64,000 bases of DNA, from the NCBI GenBank assembly GCA_947588815.1, contig CANQAG010000006.1:24830-88829 (forward strand), written 5' to 3'. The translations under genes and the position numbers were made by a program. Below are positions 31,551-41,200 of this stretch, piece by piece. The stretch's first letter is position 1, and every line of letters begins with the position of its first letter. The notes beneath the pieces are model-generated. The model was not told where the DNA came from and did not search any database. It worked only from the letters and a program-made list of their open reading frames with translations. This stretch comes from an uncultured Bacilli bacterium. GTDB lineage: Bacteria > Bacillota_I > Bacilli_A > RFN20 > CAG-449.

Positions 31551-31656
31551 TTTAATTTTATTTTACCATAACATATTTCCAAAGAATCTTAAGAAATACG
31601 ATCTAAACGTTTGAGTTTCTTCAACATCAGCAGTTTTAAGATGATCGTAAAAAATT

Positions 31657-31748
31657 AGATTGAAATAATATCAGGTGAAATGAATCTTCCTATCTTTGAA
31701 TCATAATATCTACTATTTAGATAATATAGTCCTGTTTCAAATGATTTA
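31657..31748 (-). pseudogene. RHS core-end remnant behind TAAATCATTT|GA junction (copy 2)
   Basis: Encodes ETGLYYLNSRYYDSKIGRFISPDIISI-stop; 92-bp repeat of 34661-34752 with 4 mismatches by manual alignment. Confidence 0.85.
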
Positions 31749-31806
31749 ACTAAGCCAATGACTTTTGCTATTTTTCCCCAATTACATGTTAATGGATTAT
31801 ACCATC

Positions 31807-32116
31807 ATGTCTACTAATATAGAAAAAGCTGTTTATGACATCAAACAAAAAAAAGTTTTTATGGAAGAAATGATTAAAAATAATTATTTTTATAGGAGAA
31901 CCTTTCTATCATAAAAATGGTGAATCATGCATTTTAAAAACACCAAATGGATATGTTGAATATAATGGTGAAATTAAATCAATGCATGAAATTGCATCTA
32001 AAATGATGAATGGAAAACGACGAGTAAATGCATTTGATTATTTATATGTCATGAGAGATGGTAAACTTATTTCAATTGATGAAATAAGAAACAATTATAG
32101 AAAAACAATTGAATAA
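31807..32116 (+). pseudogene. C-terminal fragment of a CcrM/M.HinfI-like adenine DNA methyltransferase
   Basis: With one frameshift near 31890: IEKAVYDIKQKKVFMEEMIKNNYF/IGEPFYHKNGE...NGYVEYNGEIKSMHEIASKMM..RRVNAFDYLYVMRDGKLISIDEIRNNYR, resembling the SIHK..A...NGW.Y/W...LD.LR tail of GANTC methylases. Confidence 0.65.
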
Positions 32117-32120
32117 TAAG

Positions 32121-32158
32121 TATAAAAGGACAGCCGCTAAATAGGTTGTCCTTTTATA
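32121..32158. terminator. Bidirectional terminator between convergent genes
   Basis: TATAAAAGGACAGCC-gctaaata-GGTTGTCCTTTTATA. Confidence 0.75.
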
Positions 32159-32205
32159 AAAATTGTTTAGTAATCTTACATTATTTTGCTTGTGAAAGTA
32201 ATTTG

Positions 32206-32667
32206 CTATTTTTCAATAATATTTTGAATTATATTTTTTATTTTTAAATAATCTTTATAAAGTACTTTAAATTGGATTTTTTCACCTGAATCTAATTTGA
32301 AAGTAACTAAACCACCTGCTTGTTGTTTATAGATAGGAACTATTGGTAGTGCATACCATTTACATACATTATATTCAGCATAAAAAATTTTAGTTATTGA
32401 ATATTTATTATTTAAAAATATAAATTCATCATTATTTAAAATTAATTCCTTTTTACTTTTATGATTTATTACATAGCAAAGTATTAAAGATAAAATCAAT
32501 AAAGATAAACAAATTATATAAGAAATTATAATTCCTTTATAAACAATAGCCTTTTGTTTTATAAACAAAGAAATAATTAAAATAATAGTTGTTAACAAAA
32601 AACCAATATTTGGAAATAGAATTGCTCCAACAATAGATTCAAATAAATTCAGTTTAATTTTAATCAT
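32206..32667 (-). CDS. Membrane protein, putative immunity for orphan RHS tip 2
   Basis: Two TM segments plus a small beta-rich tail; 15 nt downstream of the orphan tip. Confidence 0.65.
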   Translation of the reverse strand: MIKIKLNLFESIVGAILFPNIGFLLTTIILIISLFIKQKAIVYKGIIISYIICLSLLILSLILCYVINHKSKKELILNNDEFIFLNNKYSITKIFYAEYNVCKWYALPIVPIYKQQAGGLVTFKLDSGEKIQFKVLYKDYLKIKNIIQNIIEK

Positions 32668-32682
32668 TTTAAATCCCCATTT

Positions 32683-33383
32683 TTAAAATAAATTTTCAAA
32701 CATATAATTTGGTACATAATTTGCAATAAATCTGCCTGCTGCTCTTCCAAAGGTTGATAATAATGAATTTTTTGCTCCTACACCAACATTCCAAATTTTT
32801 GAACCTACAAACATACCTGCAGTAAAAAATGATAATAGACCTTTGCCTGTTTGTCCAATACCTTCAGAAATTCCTTTTAAAAAATTAAAGTTTTCTGTTT
32901 CTGAACCAGCAGCATGCATTGCATATCCGACAACTCCAGCTGTAAAGTTAGTAACTGCTGCAGTACTCATTAGTAAACCTATAGACTGGTATATAGTTAA
33001 TGCTTTCCCTGCAATAGTTAATGCTTGAAATGAGCCTTTTATTATACCACCTGCAACTCCACCTAAGCCATAAGCAAATCCAGTAGCAGCTCCTATAAGT
33101 GATGCCTTTCCTATTTCCCACCAATTCCATGTGCTTAAATCCCAGTTCCAATCACCACCGTTATAAGCTTGTTTTGCAGCTTCAACTCCGAATCCAAATG
33201 CCAAACCTACCCCAGTAGCAATTAGTAAGGTTAGAATAATTCCGAAATGTCCACTAGGATCAGCATACATTACAGGATTATTATAACAATAACAATATAA
33301 ATTTAAGCCATTAATTGATTCTGGATCTAAATATTTAATTGAATCAGGTGTAAGCCATCTACAAAGTTTTGGTAAATAATAAC
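32683..33383 (-). pseudogene. Orphan RHS C-terminal toxin module 2
   Basis: YYLPKLCRWLTPDSIKYLDPESINGLNLYCYCYNNPVMYADPSGHF then a Gly/Ala-rich hydrophobic tip; core part closely matches main rhs 35811-35946. Confidence 0.85.
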
Positions 33384-33430
33384 GTAAAAAATTTTAATAT
33401 AATCCTATTCGACTTTATTACTTTATTATT

Positions 33431-33919
33431 TTATTGTGACTCACTCATTATTATTTTAACATCATATATAAACCTTCTTATACTTCCACTTAAATATCTT
33501 GAACTAATAGAAATAGATTTATTTTTAGATTTAATAATTCTTTTATCTGATTTTTCAATTATTTTTGTTTCTTTATTTAGCATTATTTTTTTTGTGCCAA
33601 AAATATTCTTTTTAATCACCATATTATCTTTTAAATAAATACAAGTAGTAGCAACAATGCTAAATATAAATAATAAGCATAAATCATATGAAAATAGCAT
33701 AAGTAAAAACAACCAACTATATGATAATCCTTTTGTTGTTATGCAATATATAGTTAGTAAGCCAATTGTACTAGCAATTGTGATAACATAAAATGCAATT
33801 GAGATACCTTGACCAATGTATAATTCTTTCACAAAATATTTTTTTCTCCAAACTTTTACTATTAAAAAACTTAATACTATAGAAAACAAAATTGCTATAA
33901 TCAAAATATTATCTAACAT
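33431..33919 (-). CDS. Membrane protein, putative immunity for orphan RHS tip 1
   Basis: Three hydrophobic segments; ATG 33919 with SD AGGAG, 10 nt after the toxin stop. Confidence 0.65.
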   Translation of the reverse strand: MLDNILIIAILFSIVLSFLIVKVWRKKYFVKELYIGQGISIAFYVITIASTIGLLTIYCITTKGLSYSWLFLLMLFSYDLCLLFIFSIVATTCIYLKDNMVIKKNIFGTKKIMLNKETKIIEKSDKRIIKSKNKSISISSRYLSGSIRRFIYDVKIIMSESQ

Positions 33920-33929
33920 ATTTTTTCTC

Positions 33930-34742
33930 CTAGAAATAATCGTTAAACCAGTTGTATAATAATCCTTTACCAGCTGTTCCAAGTAATAATGCTATTCCAC
34001 CAAATGATAATGCTTTTATCAAAGCTTTCTCTGCTTGACTAATAACCATTTTATTCCATTGTTTAACTAAATTTTGACCTGATAGTCTTAAAGCATTTGC
34101 TGCAATACCAGCAGTTCTATATCCGCCAGTTACGACTTTTGTTAACACTTCATCATACAGTCCCGCAGCTCTAATAAATTTTGCAGTTTGTTTTGCACCA
34201 TTTAAATAGTTAGCATTTAATGCGCCTGCTCCTCCAATTAAGCCAACTAATGCTCCTAACCCCGTTGATAATCCAATATCTAGCCATGTTGATCCTTTAG
34301 AGAAATCACTTCCATTTATTAAATGTCCACCGACTGCACCTACAAATCCTAAACCTGCATTTGCAACAACTATTGCACCTAATCCTAAAGGTGACATGGA
34401 TAGTAAACCACTAGTTCCTCCTAAAATTGTATCTAAAGCAAGTTGCCCCCAATTAAAATCTTTCCAACTACATCCATTTGCTAAATATTGTCCTGCAACA
34501 TTGGAACATGCTCCAATTACAGCACCAACGATACCTCCTATAACCATTAATAATCCAATAGAAATTGCAAAATGTCCACTAGGATCAGCATTCATCACTG
34601 GATTATCCCCACAATACATGTAAAGATTTAGTCCGTTAATCTGTGCCGTTGTTTCATCTAAGATTGAAATAATATCAGGTGAAATGAATCTTCCCGTCTT
34701 TGGATCATAATATCTACTATTTAGATAATATAGTCCTGTCTC
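33930..34742 (-). pseudogene. Orphan RHS C-terminal toxin module 1
   Basis: Begins exactly at ETGLYYLNSRYYDPKTGRFISPDIISILDETTAQINGLNLYMYCGDNPVMNADPSGHF, then a Gly-rich hydrophobic tip. Confidence 0.88.
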
Positions 34743-34774
34743 AAATGATTTATATCGAGTATCCTCAACAAAGA

Positions 34775-34975
34775 TTAACCTATAAACTTATAGACAATCT
34801 TTATTTCTCTAAATTTTGTACCATTAATAACTTTCACATAACCTATTATTATATGTGAAATTAAATTATTAATGATTTCAGGAGTTAATTCTTCAAAGTC
34901 AATATATTTTCTTGCTATTTGTTTAAACATTTCTATATTAGCTTCAGTCTTATTCTCCTGAGTAATTTTTATTAA
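34775..34975 (-). pseudogene. 3' remnant of a large serine recombinase (DUF4368-like C-terminal domain, TnpX type)
   Basis: Manual translation EANIEMFKQIARKYIDFEELTPEIINNLISHIIIGYVKVINGTKFREIKIVYKFIG-stop fits the KY.D..ELTPE...I..I.V....G.R...I.I.Y.F.G tail of these recombinases; absent from the ORF track. Confidence 0.75.
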
Positions 34976-35015
34976 ACAGAAAAATCAATTATATTTTATT
35001 AATTTTTTTGCAAAA

Positions 35016-35279
35016 TCAATTATTTTTTTTGTGAAAATATTTATCATTTTTTTTTAATACTTTTTCACATCGTGGACATAATCCATCTTCATTTAATGGT
35101 AAAGGCTTAAAATATTTTTTTATAAAATACACTTCCAATGATCCATCTACAGTCGTGATTTTTTCAGGCATGTTTGGCTTATATCCTTTTTCATGACAAC
35201 ATATACATTCGTTAATCCATTTTTTAAATTTTGGAAAAGCATTTATATATTCTTCGCCTTCATTTCCGTTTCTTTTCAT
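35016..35279 (-). CDS. Putative cognate immunity protein of the full-length RHS toxin (two CxxC motifs)
   Basis: ATG overlaps the rhs stop (TAATG); CICC and CPRC motifs. Confidence 0.7.
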   Translation of the reverse strand: MKRNGNEGEEYINAFPKFKKWINECICCHEKGYKPNMPEKITTVDGSLEVYFIKKYFKPLPLNEDGLCPRCEKVLKKNDKYFHKKNN

Positions 35280-38200
35280 TACAACTTCCCCCATTTCTCT
35301 AAAATTTCTTTTAATAAATTAATTAACTTTTTTAAATTATCGTGAGTACTATAAGGATATTTATCAATTTCTTTATGCAATCTTTGCCATAAATCCCTAT
35401 TCTTAATATCTAATTGTCTCATTGCCTCTGCCCATTGCTTGTTTTGGTATTTGTTATTTGGCAAGCCGCCTTTGAAAAACATATAAGTGACACCAAATAT
35501 TCCTGCAACATCTAATATTTGCGCACCAGTTATAGTTAAAGTCATAGATCCAGTAGTTGCAAGCATCATTGTTCCTGTTGATGTTTGTGCCAAAGCAAAG
35601 CCAGTTGGAATTGTTGCTGAAAAACTCATTCCAGCAAAAGCTCCTACTCCTGCACCGATTATTCCACCTACCACTGTAGCACCTAAATAGTCATACCATT
35701 CTACACTACCATTAAATATTTTTCCATCATCTTTATAATCTATATATGCAGCCACTCCAAAACCAATGGCAGCTCCAATTATAGCTCCAATGATTAATGC
35801 AGTAATGGCAAAATGTCCACTAGGATCTACGTACATCACTGGATTATTATAACAATAACAATATAAATTTAAGCCATTAATAGATTCTGGGTCTAAATAT
35901 TCAATTGAATCAGGTGTTAACCATCTACATAGTTCTGGTGAATAATATCTAGAGTTGCAATAGAAGAGTCCTGTTTCCTCATCATAATAGTATCCACGAT
36001 ATCTAAATGGGTTAAGAGTTGCAATTCCATCTACATCATTAGTAATTATGTGATTACCATAAGCATCATATGCATATCCCCCTACTTCATTTCCTTCATC
36101 ATCGTATATAGCAATAATATCACCTTGTATATTTCTTAAGTAGATATATTCTTTGCTATTACTACCATCATTATAATTGAAACCAATCAATTTGTTAAGA
36201 GCATATTTGTATGTCAATATCCCATTTTTGGTAATTGCCCTTAGTATTCTTGTTCCATCGACGATGAATGAAGTTTCAACATCATTAACAATCTTATTTC
36301 TTCTTATACCATTTGCATCATAAAAATAATAAGCCTCCACTTCTTCACTCATGAAACTTAATAAATTTCCATTACTTTCCCATTCTAACAAATTATCCAT
36401 ATAAGTAATTGGACGTCCCATTTTATCATATTCAAACTGTTTGCCATTAAAGAATAGTAATTGGTCATTCCATCCATCACATTCATAAGTATATTCATCT
36501 ACTTTTGGTGAATACAATTTATCTTCTAGAGTATATTCATAAGTTTTCTTTAAAAGAATATTTCCTGCACTATCGTACTTATAGGTAATGGTCTTATTTA
36601 ATTTTGGATTATCCTCTCTTACAAGACGATTTAATTTATCGTATTGATATCTTGTTAAACTATCATCAGCATCGATTTCAATGATATTACCACTTTCATC
36701 ATAATTATATTTGCTTGTCTCAGTCATATAAATTTTAATAGGTATTAGTTTGTTCTCTTCAGATATAGACTCTTTTCTTACAATGACTTTGGTTCGATCC
36801 TCAGCAACTAAATCCAAACTATTTTCATCTTGTTGCAAATAACTATATTCGTGGCACAACTCTATTTTTTGTGAAGAATAGCTACTACTTTTATCTATTT
36901 CAATATTTTGATGCTTTACTCTATTTAGAACATCATAATCATAATTAATTGTAAATAGTCCATTAATATCTAATGTCGTTATTCTATTATCTTCATCATA
37001 TTGATACTCAGTTTGTAAAACATCACCATCTTGGAGGCTGATTTCTTCTTTACTTAAACGATTCTTACTATCATACATAAATGCGCGGTAGAAATGTACA
37101 TCATCATTTATAGTCTTGGTAAAATCTGTAACATTATTATAATCATCATATGATGTTTCTAAAACTTCTGTAAAAGTATCTTGAGAATCACGATTTGTCT
37201 TATTTGAGATAACTTTTACTAAATTTTCGCAATCATATTCATAAACACTATCACCATAATATTGTGCACTATCAAAAGATGTTCTTCGTACCTTTCCCTT
37301 TTCATCAATTATTAAATCGACATAGTAACCATCCGAAGTAGTTGCCGTTGTTAACTTTCCATGATAAATTCCTAATTCTTCATTCTTATAATTGTCATTA
37401 TAAGTATTCCACACAAAATCATTGCCATTTAACTTAATATCAGTTTTTCTACCTCTCCCATCACAAGTATAATCTACTTTCATTCCATGATGTGATAAGG
37501 AAGTTAATAGTCCATAATTATAAGTAAACACAGTTGAGTTATTTACACCTGCAGAACTCGAAGAAATACTCAATAAATTCCCTGTGTTAAAGTCATAGGT
37601 ATAACATGTAGTTTCTCCATTTACTCCTTTAATTTTACTTTGAATATTTGTGTTTGGTAAATAAGTTACTTCTTCGGTAGGATAATTACCTTTTTGATCT
37701 TTTATTGATCCTTTTGATGATAATAATCTCCCATTTTCATCATACTCAATTTTTTCTACTTTCATCAAAGATGCATCTTTTTTGTTATAGATTCTCTTTT
37801 CGATACATCGTCCTTTATCATTATAGTAGTATTCTTCAACGTTTCCTTTACTATCTTCTACATTAGTAAGTTGTCTATCACTATTGTAACTGTAAATTGT
37901 AACAACTTCATCTCCATAAATGTTAGTATTAGTAACTTTTAAAGGAATATCATTTTCATTATAGTCTTCGTAAACTGTAGTATTAGTGCCATCTTGTTTT
38001 TTAATTAAATGATTTTCTTCATCATAAGTGTAAATTGTACCACTTTCAAGTTTAATTAACTCTGCTGATTTGAAGAAACTACCTTCTGACTCATCATAAG
38101 TATTACTTAAGGAAAATTGAATAGTAGTCGACAATTCTCTATCAATTACAATTGGTAAAATAACCGTTTGATTATAAACTTCTTGATAAACTAATTTAAA

Positions 38201-41200
38201 CTCTTCTATTTTTGTATCATTTTCGTTGGAAGAGATAACATTCACTTTAATATCGAATTTTGAGAGTGAAATATCTGCTTCATTCATTATTGATCCAAGA
38301 ACAAGCTTTATAGCAAGAAGATTAGAAATTGGGAGATCATTCTTAAATGTTGTGCGATACTTCGACAAATCAAACTCTTTAGTAGCAGTCACACCTGACA
38401 ATCCAAATTGTTCTAAAGTAGAAATGCTATTATCTGTTTTAAATTTTGCAGTATGTTTTACCAAGCCTTTTTCATAATGCACAATCTCTTCGTATTCATT
38501 ATCTTTAATATGTAGCAATCTTCCTAAATTATCAAATTGGTATGTAATTGTTTTTTTATAAAAACTATCATAAATAGTTGTAATATTATTAATACCAAAA
38601 GTATATTGCTCTTCACTAATAGTTTTTTGACTATCTAAAGCACTTATTTTTGAATTCGAATCTATTTTTCCTTCTAGACATTTTTGACAAACAAACAATT
38701 GATTATCAGTGTTAAGGTCAAGTTCAATTGTCTCTAATAGGGGGCTAGTAAATGATATAATATTGTTCTCATAAATAAATGAAGAAGTTTTACTATCGTT
38801 ATATTTCACAGAGACTAAGCAATTATTATCATCGTATTCGAATTTTGTTTTTCTTCCACTACAATCGATAAGGGATTTTAATAGTCCAGATTCTTTATCA
38901 TAATTAAATTTAACCGTTTCTACTCCAGAGGTTACATAAAGAAGTTTTCCTTTATTTTCATCATCGAATCCATAATCAATATTAATTTCATTTTCAAATG
39001 ATCCTAGAATTGAAATTAATCTTCCGTAACCATCAAATCCTAAAGCATTTCCATCTTTATCAACAATAAAATCATTAGCTTTTCTCATTTGTTCTTCAAT
39101 TAGTGAATCTTTTTTATTTTGCAAATCTTTTAGCTGTTGATTATAATTAGCAAGAGTATTTAGAATATTAAAATAATCAGCACTTTGGCTTTCAATTCTA
39201 GTAGATAACGTAGTAATAGACCCCTCTAAACTTAAATCTTGAATTTCTTTTGCCAACTCTCGAGTTTTTGCTAGTAGAAAAGAATTTATGCGATAAGTGT
39301 TATCTGTAAACCTTTGTAATCCACTATTAAAAGCTGACACCATCGTAGCCGGCAACTTTTGTGCGTTCTCATTATTTCCAGGATTATATTCGCTATTAAC
39401 AATCCCAAAAGATTCTGCATATGCCTTTAAAGTAGAAAAATCCGTTGTTCCATCAGCTTTTGCCATATATTCCAAATATCTATCACCACATCTGTTGAAA
39501 AAGATTTTTTTTGCGTTTTGAATATCTTCTGATAGCGTATCAAAAACTTTATTATTTTGCATATATTGTTTCTGCTTTGCGTATAAATTTAAAGTATTTT
39601 CAATATTCTTTAAGGTTGCTAAGTTAGCATAAAATGAAATTGTTTTAGAAAGTTCTAAATTCTTAATGTATGATTCTACTTGTTTAATCTGTAAATTTAA
39701 ATTAGTGATATCTTCATTTACATAAAGGTCTATTACCTCATCCTCTTCAGAAGATTCTTCAAGAGAATAAATCACTATCGATTCATTTTGTACTGATTCA
39801 TCTGCATTACCACCAAAACTAGAACACTTATAATTTACAGAATAAGTCCCATTGTTATTTAAAATGACATCATTTACAAATTCAATATCGATACTAACTG
39901 GTTGATTGGTAGGACCAACAAGATCACCAAAACTATTTCTCTTAACGCTTTTCGGTTCAACCCATACTTTAGCACCAGTATTCGGGTTATAATAGAAAAA
40001 TGATAAATGATTTTGGTTACTATCAACATCTACTTCTAATGATCCGAAATTTTCATATTTTAAATAATATCTTTTCCTTTTTTTGTTTGATTTAAAAGAA
40101 GTTAAATTCATTCCAGAAATATAGGATAGTCCCTCATCGTTTTTAATTTCCACATTTACTTCTTGTATATCACCATCGTAATCCATAATTTTTAGTTTTT
40201 GGTCACTATCTAAAAATATATCTTCTCGATTAACAAATATTTTTTCTCCATTTACTAAATAATACCAACGTTCATGTAACTTATGTGCAAAACCATCTCC
40301 ATCAATATAAGTCACATCTTTGCTTCCCAAAACTTGATTAAAAGTGTCAGACTTAATTAAATACTGATGAAGATTTGTTTTCCATCCTTTGCCCATATAA
40401 GCTGGTGTAATTTCAAGTTTCTTGTCAGCGTAAACAGAAGAATCAAATACATGATTAATTGTATATGATAATGTCTTAAGATCTATTTTAGCGTCTCTAT
40501 GAACATGTCTAAAGTTTCCGTTTTTAAGATTTATAAAAGTTGTACCTGCTCTTCCTAATGAATAATAATTCTCAGGAATTTTTTGAATATCTTCTTCATC
40601 TAGATATTCAATATTAAGTTTTGGTCTATACTTTTCTTCTGCTAATAAGGTGCATACATTTACGTAAAATGAATTATAATTAGTTCTTCCGGTGTATTTA
40701 AGTTCAATTTTCATTACATCTTCAGTGACAGAATTAAAACCATCAGTAATATCAATAAAATGTTCCCCCAAATAATCTTCCTTTTCAATTGTAAAAAGAG
40801 TTTTACCATCACAAATGGCGATAATTTTACTATTATCAGATATATTTTTATCTACTTTTTTAACATAAAATTTTAAGAATATCTTAGATAAATTGCTAAA
40901 ATTTTTGATAATTGTCGAGCGATTAATTCTAAAGTTAATGATACTAAAAAATAATCCACCTACATTTTGATAACCAACAAGATTTAGTTTTCTATTGTCA
41001 CTATATAAAGTTCCAGTCATTTCAAAAACATCTGAAACTACCTCAATAGTCGGATCAATAATAACCGGTAAAACTCTTTTATCATCATTAATCCAAGAAG
41101 CATCTGCTATTAAGGTTAGGTTTAGTACTTCTCCATCTTGTTCAATATCATAGAAACAATCAAATGATGTCTTTTCACTACTATCTTTCATATATGGGCT

